Origin: an uncultured Chloroflexia bacterium
GTDB lineage: Bacteria; Chloroflexota; Limnocylindria; Limnocylindrales; CSP1-4
Assembly: GCA_963819655.1 (NCBI GenBank)
Contig: CAWFXA010000003.1
Span: forward strand, 512,001-576,000
Direction of reading: 5' to 3'
Length of the DNA: 64,000 nucleotides
Positions 21,518 through 33,392 of the stretch are shown piece by piece; the stretch's first letter is position 1; every line of letters begins with the position of its first letter. A program made the translations under genes and the position numbers. Under the pieces are notes generated by a model, which had not been told where the DNA came from, ran no database searches, and saw nothing but the letters and a program-made list of their open reading frames with translations.

Positions 21518-22444
21518 ATGTCGGACCGACCGCGGCCGCGCCGCTCGCGCCGTCACGACCCGAGTGCGCGCGAAGGGGCGGTCGTACCGCCGGGTCCATC
21601 CACGGTCGACCTGCACACCCATTCGACACGGTCCGACGGGGTCCTCTCCCCGACCGACCTGATCCGCGACGTCGCCGCGGCCGGCGTCACGACGTTCTCG
21701 CTGACCGACCACGACACGCTTGCCGGCTACCGCGACATCGTTCGCGCCGACGCGGTTCCGCCCGGGATGACGCTCATCCCAGGCGTCGAGATCAATGCGC
21801 TGGTGACCCGCGACCTCGGCTGTGGGAGTGGGAGCTGCACATCCTCGGTTTCGGGATGGACCCCGACGACGAGCCCTTCGAGTCAGTGCTCGCCGCGCAG
21901 CGCTCCGCGCGCCGGGTCCGCTTCGAGAGGACGGTCGAGCTCCTGCGCGAGATCGGTCTGCCGATCGACGCGCAGGTCGCGGCGCTCGAGACCGGCGATG
22001 ACGATGCGCTCGGCCGCCCGACGATCGCCCGCGCCCTCATCGATGCCGGGTTCGCGACATCGGTCGAGGACGCGTTCAGCCGGATCATCGGGCACGGCGG
22101 CCCCGGCTACGTGCGACGCGCCGGTCTCGGTCCGGAGGACGCGATCGCGGCCATCCGCGCCGCCGGCGGGCTGCCGGTCCTCGCCCATTTCCGTGAAGGG
22201 CCGTCGCGTCCCGAAGTCGTGCGTGAGCTGGTCGAGGCGGGCCTCGGTGGCCTCGAGGTCTACTACCGGTCGTTCGACACGAGCACCGTTGCGGCGATGG
22301 AAGAGGTCGCGGCCTCGAACGGGCTGATCGCCACGGGCGGCAGCGACTATCACGGCGACCTCGGCCCGTACGCCGCGTCGCACGCCCAGCTGTGGGTGCC
22401 GCCGGAGGTGGGCGAGCGGCTCCTCGACGTCCTCGGATCGAGCG

Positions 22445-22473
<29 letters not shown>
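21518..22473 (+). CDS. PHP-domain phosphoesterase (TrpH/YciV-like), frameshift near 21820
   Basis: DLHTHS..SDG, TDHD, GVEI in frame 1; ELHILG, LAH, GGSDYHG in frame 2. Confidence 0.88.
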
Positions 22474-23215
<742 letters not shown>

Positions 23216-23256
23216 GGCCATCGAGGATACGTGTCGCCTGGATCGTCGGCGCTACC

Positions 23257-24953
23257 ATGGCGCGCACCGTGCATGACCCTCGCTCGGCCACGCGCTCGCT
23301 TCCGGTCCTCGACGCCGTGGCGCCCGTCGCACCCTCGGTGCCGCGCGTGCCGGTCGCGCCGGTCGATGCACCGCCTGACGGAGTACCGCCCCGAGGCGCC
23401 CGCGCTGCCGCGGTTCCACGTCTGGACGCTGGGCTGTCAGATGAACCGGAGCGACTCGGAGGAGATGGCGGGTCGGTTGCTGGCGGCCGGCTGCGAGGAG
23501 GCGCCGTCGTTCGAGGCGGCCGATCTCGTCGTGATCAACACGTGCGCCATCCGCGAGGGTGCCGAGCAGAAGGTGATCGGCCGGCAGGGCCACCTCACGC
23601 GCCTCAAGGCGGCCAACCCGGGCATGCGCGTGGTCCTGACCGGCTGCGCGGTTCGCGAAGCGGAGCGGGACGGCCTCCAACGCCGCTACCCGGCGGTCGA
23701 CCTCTTCCTGCGACCCGACGAGGAGCCGGAGCTCGTCGATCGACTCGGTCTCGCGTCGGCGCAGGGCGCGATCGGGTCGCTCGGGGCGTCGACACGCGGC
23801 GCGGTCGGCGCCACCATGACGGTGGGCCGCACGGTCGTCGGTGTCGCCGAGCGGCTCGCCGGCACGCGGGCCCGCGCCGTGGGGGAGGGGACCGTCGCGC
23901 GCGGATCGACGATCAGCGCCTGGCTCCCGATCATCTACGGCTGCGACAAGACCTGCACCTACTGCATCGTGCCGTTCAGCCGCGGTCCCGAGCGCAGCCG
24001 GCCGTTCGACGACATCGTCGATGAGGCGCGCTCCCTGGCGGCGGCCGGCTACCGCGAGGTGACACTGCTCGGCCAGAACGTGAACTCGTACGGCCACGAC
24101 CTCGCGCCCGAGGCGCGCTTCGCCCATGTCGACGCCGAGCGCTGGGCGGGCCGCCGACTCGACCTGCACGGACGGCCGGACCTCGCCGAGCTGATCCGCG
24201 CGATCGACGGCCTGCGGACCGCCGACGGTCACCCGGCGATCCCGCGGCTGCGGTTCGTCACGTCCCACCCGTGGGACCTGTCGGATCGGCTGATCGCGGC
24301 GCTGGCCGACTGCCCGAGCGTCTGCGAGCACCTGCACCTGCCGGTCCAGTCGGGCGACGATGCGGTCCTGCGTCGGATGGGCCGCCAATACACGATCGAG
24401 CACTACCGCGAGCGCCTCGACCGGATCCGCGAGGCCGTCCCCGGCATCACCGTCTCGACCGACGTGATCGTCGGGTTCTGCGGCGAGACCGAGGCGCAGT
24501 TCCAGCGCACGCTGCGGCTCCTCGAGGACGTCCGCTACGACCAGGTCTTCGCCGCGGCCTACTCGCCCCGGCCCGGCACGCCCGCGACCCGGCTTGCCGA
24601 CGACGTCCCGGCGGACGTCAAGCGGCGCCGGCTCAATGAGCTGCTCGCACTCCAGGAGGGCATCGGCCACGCGCGCAACGAGGCGTGGCTCGGTCGCGAC
24701 GTCGAGGTGCTCGTCGACACGATCACGCCGCCGCGAACCCACGATCACGACGCCGAGGCGGGAGCGGGCGCCGCCGCGTCCAAGCCGGCCGACGGTCGTC
24801 GGGCTGTCAGGCCGGACGCGTGGCAACAAGCTCGTCCACCTCACCGGAGAGCCCATCCTGCTCGGCCGCGAGGTCACCGTGCGCATCGCTCACGCCGGTC
24901 CGTACGCCCTCCGCGGGGCGGTCGTTACGCAGGAACAACCGACCGTCCGTTGA
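23257..24953 (+). CDS. miaB: tRNA methylthiotransferase MiaB (frameshifts near 23365 and 24795)
   Basis: TLGCQMN, NTCAIRE, CDKTCTYC radical SAM motif, HLPVQSG; TRAM domain GRTRGNKLV in a shifted frame. Confidence 0.93.
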
Positions 24954-24979
24954 CATCGGCGAGAACGCGCCGTTACCGT
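24950..24979 (+). promoter_or_regulatory. Sigma70-type promoter of ABC transporter operon
   Basis: TTGACA-18bp-TACCGT. Confidence 0.65.
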
Positions 24980-25074
24980 GACCCCTTCCGGAGGAGTTCC
25001 CAGCACGGACCGTCCGGCTGGATGGTGGTGCGAGCCATCACGGGTCCGTCACATGGTCGAGGAGGAAAAGCACC

Positions 25075-26814
25075 ATGGACTATTCCCGGCTTGATCCCGT
25101 GCGTCGATCGGTGACGCCGATCCAGCTCGATCTCGTCGAGTCGTTCGCGAACGGGCGCGATCACCCGACGCCAGTTCATCAAGCGCGCGTCGGTCATCGG
25201 CCTGTCGCTGTCGTCGGTCAGCGCGGTCATCGCCGCCTGCAGTCCCGGCACCCCGAGTGCGTCGGCGCCCGGCTCCGTGGCGCCCGGCGCGAGCGCGTCC
25301 GGCAGCGCCGCAAGCGCTGGCGTCGACCGGTGGCACGATCCGCTGCGCCATCCAGCGCCCCGTGTCGGTCGACCCGGTGGCGATGCAGGACCTCGGCGGC
25401 TACGGCATCGTCGCCCAGTCGTTCGAGTTCCTGATGCGCGCAGAGCACCGATCCCAACGATCCAGGCGGCCTGGACCCGGGCCTCGCCGCTCGTGGGAGT
25501 CCGAACGACGACGGCACGGTCTGGACGTTCAAGCTGCGACCCGAAGCCAAGTGGCAGCACGACGGCTCGCCGTTCACGTCGGCCGACGTGGTCGCGACGA
25601 TGGAGCGCCTCGTCGCGGCGGGCAACTCCGGCCTCAAGGGCGTGCTCGATCCGGGCGGCGCCGTCGCCACCGATGCGAACACCGTGACGTTCACCCTCGT
25701 CTCGGCCAACGGCAACTTCCCGTACCTCGTCTCGATCTACAACGCCCAGACGGTCATCACGCCGGCCGATTACGTCGCCGGGACGACCGCCGACGCGCGA
25801 CCGACCGGCACCGGTCCGTGGAAGCTGACGAACTACAACCAGCAGACTGGCGCGACGTTCGAGCGGAACACGGACTGGTGGGGCGGCCAGACGCCGCTCG
25901 ACGGCACCGAGTTCATCTTCTTCGATGAGACCGGTCCGATGATCACCGCCTACCAGGGCGACCAGGTCGACGCCATCGTCCAGTTCGACGTCCTGACCGG
26001 CGCCGCGCTGTTCAACGACCCGAACTTCACATTGATCGCCACGCCGGCGGCTCTCCATCGCCAGATCTGGATGCGTGTCGACAAGCCGCCCTTCGACAAC
26101 GTCAAGGTCCGCGAGGCGCTCGCGCTCACGTGGGACCGCGACGTGCTCATCCAGCAGCTGTTCCAGGGGCGCGCCGAGATCGGCAACGACCACGTCATCT
26201 GGCAGGGCTATCCGTACTACGACTCCTCGATCGCTCAGCGGACGCGGGATGTCGACAAGGCCAAGGCGCTGCTCACAGAAGCCGGTGCCAGCGACCTGTC
26301 GATCGTCCTTCACGCGGGCGAGCTGCAGGAGATCCCCGACCTCGCCGTGCTGATGAAGAGCCAGGCCGCCGAAGCCGGGATCACCCTCAATGTCGAAGTC
26401 GAGAGCCTGAGCACGTTCTATGGCGCGGCATGGTGCCCGGGCGACCCGGCCGATCCAAATAAGGCAACCGATCCACCGTGCGTCAATGCGGCGGAGCTCG
26501 GGATCGTGGACTACGGCCATCGGGCGACACCCGACGTGTACCTGAACGCGGCGCTCAAGAGCAAGGGCATCTGGAACTCGTCGCAGTACGACTCCTCGGA
26601 GTTCGACGCGGCGTTCGGTGAGTTCCAGGCCGCGGTCGCAGTCGACGCGCAGAAGGCGGCGTGCACGAAGATCGAGACGATCCTCAACCGGGACATCCCG
26701 GTCGGCCTGCCGTACTTCTACAACTACCTCGCCGGCAACTCGAACAAGTTCACCGGGGTGTTCTCGAGCGCCCTGGGCCAGATGTCCTTCGCAACGACCT
26801 CCAAGGTCGCCTGA
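25075..26814 (+). CDS. Peptide/nickel-family (class 5) ABC substrate-binding lipoprotein, Tat signal; several frameshifts in the first 500 bp
   Basis: GGAGG RBS; ITRRQFIKRA...IAAC; WTFKLR, DGSPFTSADVV, PTGTGPW. Confidence 0.88.
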
Positions 26815-26895
26815 CCAGACACAGCTTGAGGGCGGTGGCGTCAGCCATCGCCCTCGTCCACCCATCTATCTGAGGGGACGGCGCGCGAGCACGCG

Positions 26896-27851
26896 ATGGC
26901 ACGTTTCATCACGCGCAGACTGCTCCTGTCTCTCCTCACGTTGTGGCTCCTCGCCACGATCGTCTTCATCATCGCGAACGTCCTGCCCAACGATGTCGGG
27001 CGGACGATCCTCGGGCCGTTCGCGCCGCAGGAGAGCGTCGACGCACTGAACGAGCGGCTCGGCACGAACCGGCCGATGTTGGAGCGCTACGCCGACACCA
27101 TCCTCGGCGCCGTGACCCTCGACTTCGGCGACTCGTTCGTCACCGGCAAGCCGGTCCTGCCGACGCTCGCCGAAGCGGTCGTCCGCTCGGCAAAGCTCGC
27201 GGGCCTGGCGCTCGTCATCACGATCCCGATCGCCATCGCCGCGGGCCTCTTCGCGGCGCGCCGGCGAGACCGACCGGCCGACCGAGCCGTCGTGCTGCTC
27301 GGGCTGACGTCGTCGTCGATCCCCGAATTCGTCACGGGCACGATCCTGGTGGTCGTCGTCGGTGTGCAGCTGCAACTGGCTGCCGTGTCCTCGCGATCCC
27401 ACCGCGGGGTGCCGACCCGCTGACCGAGCTCCGGTACCTGCTGATGCCGGCGCTGGCGATGGCGATCGTGTACTTCGGGTACATCGCGCGCATGACCCGG
27501 GCGGGGACGATCGACGTCCTCCAGTCCGACTACACGCGGACGGCGACCATGAAGGGCCTGACGACCGGCCAGGTGATGACCCGGCACGTGCTGCGCAATG
27601 CGCTGATCCCGACGGTGGCCGTCATCGCCGTGCAGATCGGCTACCTGTTCGGCGGCATCATCGCCGTCGAGCGGATCTTCAACTACAACGGCATGGGCCA
27701 GACGATGCTGTTCGCGGCACAACGCAAGGACATCCCGACGCTGACCGCAGGCGTCATCATCATCGGCATCGTGTACATGCTCGCGACCCTGGTCGCCGAC
27801 CTGATCATCGCGTGGATGAACCCGCGCATCCGGCTCGACGCGGAACGCTGA
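26896..27851 (+). CDS. ABC transporter permease (DppB-like), frameshift near 27390
   Basis: LDFGDS, SIPEF; ARMTR...SDY..TA..KG EAA-loop, VERIFN. Confidence 0.9.
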
Positions 27852-28768
27852 TGGACGTCCCGATCGCGCCCGTACCCGCCGCTGCGCCGGTCACCGTCGG
27901 TGGCGTCTCCGAGAGGTCGCAGGCCCGCCGCGAGACCATCCGCCAGCTGCTGCGCCGGCCGGTCTTCCTGATCGGGATCGTGGTCCTGCTCGGCTGGGTC
28001 CTGACGGCCATCCTCGGCGAGCGGATCACCCCATACGACCCGTTCAATGACTTTTTCCTGAACCATCAGCCGCCCGGGTATGTCACCCGAGGGGACGTGA
28101 CTGAACTGCACCTGTTCGGGACCGACCGGCTGGGGCGCGACGTGCTCTCTCGGGTGATGGTCGGGTCGCGCGATGTGCTGATCGTGGCGCCGCTTGCGGC
28201 CATCTTCGGCGTCACTGCCGGCACGCTGCTCGGTCTGATCATGGGCTTCTACCGCGGGATCATCGATGACGTGCTCAGCCGCCTCGTCGAGGCGTTCCTG
28301 GCGCTGCCGGTGATCCTGGTCTCTCTCCTGACTCTCGTCGTGCTCGGCCCCTCGCCGTTGGTCGTCGTCGGGGTGGTCGGGATCCTGTTCACGCCGATCG
28401 TCGCGCGGACCGTGCGGTCCGCCGTGCTGTCCGAGCGGCAGCTCGACTACGTCACGTCGGCCAAGCTGCGCGGCGAGACCGGGCTGTTCATCCTGTCGCG
28501 CGAGATCTTCCCGAACGTGCTCGCCCCCGTGGTGGTCGAGCTGACCGTGCGGTTCGGCTACGCGATCTTCACGGTCGCGACGCTGTCGTTCCTCGGCGTG
28601 GGCATCCAACCGCCGTCGCCCGACTGGGGGTTGACCATCGCCGACGAATACTCGTACATGATCGCCGGCGTCTGGTGGTCGACGCTGTTTCCGGCGCTGG
28701 CCATCGCCAGCACCGTGGTCGCGATCAACTTCATCGCGGATTCGCTCCAGGCGGTGTTGTCCGAATGA
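27851..28768 (+). CDS. ABC transporter permease (DppC-like)
   Basis: FGTDRLGRD, LSFLGVGIQPPSPDWG. Confidence 0.93.
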   Translation: MDVPIAPVPAAAPVTVGGVSERSQARRETIRQLLRRPVFLIGIVVLLGWVLTAILGERITPYDPFNDFFLNHQPPGYVTRGDVTELHLFGTDRLGRDVLSRVMVGSRDVLIVAPLAAIFGVTAGTLLGLIMGFYRGIIDDVLSRLVEAFLALPVILVSLLTLVVLGPSPLVVVGVVGILFTPIVARTVRSAVLSERQLDYVTSAKLRGETGLFILSREIFPNVLAPVVVELTVRFGYAIFTVATLSFLGVGIQPPSPDWGLTIADEYSYMIAGVWWSTLFPALAIASTVVAINFIADSLQAVLSE

Positions 28769-31020
28769 CGACCGAAGCAGTCGCCCCGCCCCCGCCGCCC
28801 GAGCCCAAGACCTCGCCGCACGCCGCGCTGCGGGTCGAGGACCTGTCGCTGGCCTACGTCGTGCGCGGCATCCAGCGGCCTGTCCTGCGCGGCGTGACGT
28901 TCGACATCAAGCCGGGCGAGTCGTACGGGCTTGTCGGTGAGTCGGGCTGCGGCAAGTCGACGACGGCGTACGCCGCTCTCCGCTACCTGCCGCGCAATGC
29001 CGTGATCACCGGCGGCCGGATCCTCGTCGGCGGCGACGACATCACGCGCATGAACGACGAGCAGGTTCGCAAGTTCCGGACCAACCAGGCGTCGATGGTG
29101 TATCAGGATCCCGGCGCCGCGCTGAATCCGACGACGAAGGCCGGCCCCCAGGTCGCCGAGGCCTACACCGTCCTCGGCGAGAGCCCGAAGCAGGCTCGCG
29201 AGAGCGCGCTTGCGGCGCTGCGCCGCGTCCAGATCGCGGATCCCGAGCGGGTCTACCAGCGCTACCCGCACCAGCTGTCGGGCGGCATGCAGCAGCGCAT
29301 CGTCATCGCGATCGCGCTCGCCAGCAACCCGAAGCTGCTGGTCCTCGACGAGCCCACGACCGGTCTCGATGCGACCGTCGAGGCGAGCGTCCTCGACCTC
29401 GTGCGCTCGCTCGTGGCCGAGATGGACGCCGCGGTGCTGCTGATCGCCCACAACCTGGGCGTCATCCGCACGATGTGCGACCGGGTCGGCGTGATGTACG
29501 CGGGCAAGATCGTCGAGGAAGGCAACGCGATCGCGGTGTTCGAGCGGCCGCAGCACCCGTACACGGTCGGGCTGCTCCAGTCATTGCCGCGCCACGGTAT
29601 CCGCAAGTCGGAGCGCCCCCTCGCCACGATCCCGGGGACGCTGCCGCAGATCGGCACACCGCTCCCGACGTGCGTCTACGTCGATCGCTGCCCGCTCGCG
29701 ACCGACCTGTGCCGCGAGGTCATCCCGCCGGTCGTCGAGGTGGGCAACGGTCAATGGACGCGCTGCCACCACTGGGAACGGATCGGCGAGATCAAGGCCC
29801 CGCCGCCTGGTGTCGGCCAGGCGGCCGTGCCCCAGGGAGACGTGGCGCTCAACGTGGGAAACGTGTCGAAGACGTTCCGCTCGTCGGGCCACGCCATCCC
29901 GGCGGTCGTCGGGATCGACCTCCAGCTCCACGGTGGCGAGACGCTCGGCCTGGTCGGCGAGTCTGGTTCTGGCAAGTCGACGCTGGCGAAGACGATCCTC
30001 GGCATCGAGAGCCCCGATGCCGGCGGCCACATGGAGCTCGATGACCACCAGCTCGCGGCGCAGTCGGCCGGCCGGCCGACGAAGGACAAGCGATCGATCC
30101 AGATGGTGTTCCAGAACCCCGATTCGGCCCTCAACCGCGGCTGGACAGCGCGCAGCATCCTGGCCCGCTCCGTGACCAAGCTGACCGGTCTCAAGGGCAA
30201 GGCGGTGAACGACCGTGTCGACAAGCTGGCCGCCTCACTCCGGCTGACCCAGCGCCACCTCGACCTCAAGCCGCGCCAGCTGTCGGGCGGTCTCAAGCAG
30301 CGCGTGGCGATCGCCCGGGCGTTCGCCGGCGACCCGCGCATCGTCGTCGCCGACGAGCCGACCAGCGCGCTCGACGTGTCGGTCCAGGCCGCGATCCTCA
30401 ACGTGCTGTCCGAGCTCCAGGCGCAGAGCCGCACGAGCTACCTGTTGATCTCGCACGACCTCGGGGTCGTCCGCTACCTGGCCGACCGGATCGCGGTGAT
30501 GTACCTCGGCCGGATCATGGAGGTGGGCGAGTCGGAGGCCGTGTTCCGCGGCCCCAACCACCCGTACACGGAAGCGCTGCTGTCCGCGGTCCCGAACCTC
30601 GACGGCGAGATGCGCGCCCGGGTCCGGCTCGGCGGCGAGGTGCCGAGCCCGGCCAACCCGCCGTCCGGCTGCGTCTTCCACACGCGATGTCCGCGGGTGA
30701 TCCCGGGCCTGTGCGAGGTGACCGAGCCGCCCCTCGCGGAGGTGGAGCCGGGGCACCTGATGAGCTGCCACATCCCGTTCGAGGAGCTGCGCCGCCTCCA
30801 GGCGAAGGCCGTGCAGGAGGACGTCGTCGTTGACCACGCCCGAGGAGTCGCTAGCGGGAGAAGGTCTCCAGCAGTAGCGCCACGAACCGTGCGGCATCGG
30901 CGTCGAGCGCGACGAACGCGTTCGGCGGCTGTCCGAACCGGTCGTGCAGGTCCATCACCGTCCGCCCGACCGTCAGCTCGCCGCGGGTCTCGACGTCGAC
31001 TCGTGCCGGCCTGCCGCTGA
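28765..31020 (+). CDS. Fused dual ABC ATPase (DppD/F-like); true end probably near 30850-30880
   Basis: Two GESG(C/S)GKS Walker A, two LSGG motifs, two HPYT...C tails; ORF tail overlaps the next gene. Confidence 0.93.
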   Translation: MTTEAVAPPPPPEPKTSPHAALRVEDLSLAYVVRGIQRPVLRGVTFDIKPGESYGLVGESGCGKSTTAYAALRYLPRNAVITGGRILVGGDDITRMNDEQVRKFRTNQASMVYQDPGAALNPTTKAGPQVAEAYTVLGESPKQARESALAALRRVQIADPERVYQRYPHQLSGGMQQRIVIAIALASNPKLLVLDEPTTGLDATVEASVLDLVRSLVAEMDAAVLLIAHNLGVIRTMCDRVGVMYAGKIVEEGNAIAVFERPQHPYTVGLLQSLPRHGIRKSERPLATIPGTLPQIGTPLPTCVYVDRCPLATDLCREVIPPVVEVGNGQWTRCHHWERIGEIKAPPPGVGQAAVPQGDVALNVGNVSKTFRSSGHAIPAVVGIDLQLHGGETLGLVGESGSGKSTLAKTILGIESPDAGGHMELDDHQLAAQSAGRPTKDKRSIQMVFQNPDSALNRGWTARSILARSVTKLTGLKGKAVNDRVDKLAASLRLTQRHLDLKPRQLSGGLKQRVAIARAFAGDPRIVVADEPTSALDVSVQAAILNVLSELQAQSRTSYLLISHDLGVVRYLADRIAVMYLGRIMEVGESEAVFRGPNHPYTEALLSAVPNLDGEMRARVRLGGEVPSPANPPSGCVFHTRCPRVIPGLCEVTEPPLAEVEPGHLMSCHIPFEELRRLQAKAVQEDVVVDHARGVASGRRSPAVAPRTVRHRRRARRTRSAAVRTGRAGPSPSARPSARRGSRRRLVPACR

Positions 31021-31804
31021 CGACCGCCGGATCGATGAGGTAGGCGACGCACAGCGCGTCATGGACGGGTGCGGTGCCGACGGTGTCCATCGGCTGGAGG
31101 TCGTCGTAGGCGACGATCCTGTCCTCGATGAACGTGGCGGCCGCCACGCCGGCCGGCGTTCCGGTCTCGCGCAGCCGTCGGCAATCGTCGACGGACACAA
31201 GGGCCCGGTGCGTCGCATCGAGCGGGATCAGGGTGAGGTTCACCAGCCCGGCTCGTAGGACGACCTGTGCCGCCTCCGGATCGACCCAGATGTTGAACTC
31301 GGCGGAGGGCGTCGTGTTCCCGGACTCGTGGGCGCCGCCCATGATAACGGTGCGCGGGATCCGCTCGACGATCCGCGGCTCGAGGCGGATGGCGAGCGCG
31401 ATGTTGGTGAGCGGCCCGACCGGCACCAGCACGATCTCGTCGGTCGCGGCGAGATACGTCTCGATCAGGAACTCGGCGGCATGCCGCGTGTGCTTGACGG
31501 ACCTCGGCCGCGGGATCGGCAGCTCGCGTGGGTGCATGCTGCCGCCGCGGTGGAGGATCTCGCGCGGGATCGGGAAGTCGTCGCGGAGCAGCGCGCTCGC
31601 CGCGCCCTCGTAGACCGGGATGTCGACACCGAGCAGGTCGAACACACGCAGCGTGTTGTCGGTGCAGGCCGCGACCGGGTTGTTGCCGTTGACGGTGGTC
31701 GCCGCGACGAGCTCGAGGTCGGGGTGGAGCACCGCCAGCATCAACGCGATCGCATCGTCGGTGCCGGTGTCGACGTCGAGGATCAGCTTGGTGGCGGCAC
31801 CCAC
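30851..31804 (-). CDS. Nucleoside hydrolase (IU-NH family)
   Basis: DVDTGTDDA, GPLTN, MGGA, AEFNIWVDP, HD. Confidence 0.94.
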   Translation of the reverse strand: MGAATKLILDVDTGTDDAIALMLAVLHPDLELVAATTVNGNNPVAACTDNTLRVFDLLGVDIPVYEGAASALLRDDFPIPREILHRGGSMHPRELPIPRPRSVKHTRHAAEFLIETYLAATDEIVLVPVGPLTNIALAIRLEPRIVERIPRTVIMGGAHESGNTTPSAEFNIWVDPEAAQVVLRAGLVNLTLIPLDATHRALVSVDDCRRLRETGTPAGVAAATFIEDRIVAYDDLQPMDTVGTAPVHDALCVAYLIDPAVVSGRPARVDVETRGELTVGRTVMDLHDRFGQPPNAFVALDADAARFVALLLETFSR

Positions 31805-31817
31805 GCTCGGCGGGCGC

Positions 31818-33380
31818 CTAGACGTCGGAGTCGGGGAAGCTCGCCCGCCGCCGGTCCATCCACTCGACGAGCTCCTCATGGATGCCTTCGTCGAGCGGCG
31901 GCTGCTCGTACCCCGCGAGACGGCGCTTCCATGCCGCGTTGGCGCGCGTCGCGGCGTCCTGGGCGCCGTTGAGCTCCCATTGTTCGAAGCTGTTGTTGTC
32001 TGACAGCTCGGACCGCCAGAACGCGTTCTCGAAGTTGGCCAGCGTGTGCGGGGATCCCAGGAAATGCTGCCCGGGCCCACCGGCGAGCATCGCGTCGAGC
32101 GCGAGGCCGTTGTCGGTCAGGTCGACGCCGCCGATGTAGGCGGCGGCCATCGACGCCTGGTCCTCGTCGAGCATGAACTTCTCGTAACCGATCGCCAGAC
32201 CGCCCTCGAGCCAGCCGGCCGTGTGGAGGTTGAAGTTCACGCCGGCCTGCATCGTGGCCATGAAGCTGATCGCACTCTCGTACGCGGCCTGGTAGTCGGG
32301 GATCTTGGAGGCCGTGAAGTTGCCGCCCGACCGGAACGGGACGCCAAGCCGCCGCGCCAGGGCGGCGAGCACGAACAGCACGAGCTGCGGTTCCGGGGTA
32401 CCGAACGTCGGGGCGCCCGTCTGCATCGACATCGATGACGCGAACGATCCGAAGATCACGGGTGCACCGGGCCGCACGATCTGGCAGAACGCCATGCCGG
32501 CCAGCGCTTCGGCCAGCGTCTGGGTCGCATCCGCAGCCACGGTCACCGGTGCCATCGCCCCGCCGAGGATGAACGGGGTGATCAGCATGATCTGGTTGTT
32601 CTCGGCGTAGACCTTCGCCGAGCCGAGCATGTTGAAGTCCCACGACATCGGCGAATTCGCGTTCGCGAGGCCCATGATCACGTGCTCGCGCTCGAGCGCG
32701 TCGGCGCCGAACACGATCTTGGTCATGTCGACCGAGTCCTGGGCGCGCGACGGGTGTGTCACCGAGCCCATGAACGCCCGATCCGAGTAGCGGATGTGGC
32801 TGTAGACCATCTCGAGGTGGCGCTTGTTGACCGGCAGGTCGACGGGCTCGCACAGCGTGCCCCCACCGTGGTGGAGCGTCGTGCTCGTGTAGGTGAGCTT
32901 CACGAAGTTGCGGAAGTCCTCGATCGTCGCGTACCGCCGCCCATCGTCGAGGTTGTGGATGAACGGCGATCCGTAGGACGGCACGAGGACCATGTGGGGA
33001 TCGCCGATGACGACGCTGCGCGCCGCGTTGCGCGCCGTCTGGGTGAAGCTGCGCGGGGCGGTGGCCTGCACGATCTGCCGGCACATCCCGCGCTCGAAGC
33101 GGACCCGGGTGCCCTGGACGTCGGCACCGGCCGCCCGGAAGATGTCGGCGGCCTCGGGGTAGTTGACGATCTCGATACCGACCTCCTGGAGGAGCGTGTC
33201 GGCGTTGTGCTCGATCGCTTCGAGGCCCTCGGTCGAGATCACCTCCACGGGCGGCAACGTCCGTGTCAGGTAGGGGAGGGTCTCCATCGCCCGTGCGAGT
33301 CGGGCGGCCTGGCGCGCGGTCCGACCGCGTCGCGTGGGGGTCGCGTGGTCGAGCTCCTGTGTCGCCATCGTCGATGCCAT
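31818..33380 (-). CDS. Trimethylamine methyltransferase family (MttB superfamily, no pyrrolysine)
   Basis: CEPVDLP, NANSP, GAMAPVT, GAPTFGTPE, AGWLEGG; no in-frame TAG. Confidence 0.92.
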   Translation of the reverse strand: MASTMATQELDHATPTRRGRTARQAARLARAMETLPYLTRTLPPVEVISTEGLEAIEHNADTLLQEVGIEIVNYPEAADIFRAAGADVQGTRVRFERGMCRQIVQATAPRSFTQTARNAARSVVIGDPHMVLVPSYGSPFIHNLDDGRRYATIEDFRNFVKLTYTSTTLHHGGGTLCEPVDLPVNKRHLEMVYSHIRYSDRAFMGSVTHPSRAQDSVDMTKIVFGADALEREHVIMGLANANSPMSWDFNMLGSAKVYAENNQIMLITPFILGGAMAPVTVAADATQTLAEALAGMAFCQIVRPGAPVIFGSFASSMSMQTGAPTFGTPEPQLVLFVLAALARRLGVPFRSGGNFTASKIPDYQAAYESAISFMATMQAGVNFNLHTAGWLEGGLAIGYEKFMLDEDQASMAAAYIGGVDLTDNGLALDAMLAGGPGQHFLGSPHTLANFENAFWRSELSDNNSFEQWELNGAQDAATRANAAWKRRLAGYEQPPLDEGIHEELVEWMDRRRASFPDSDV

Positions 33381-33392
33381 GGTACGCGCCGC

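Noticed and set aside
31818-33380. Pyrrolysine recoding in MttB
   Set aside because: No in-frame TAG and no pyl genes in the window
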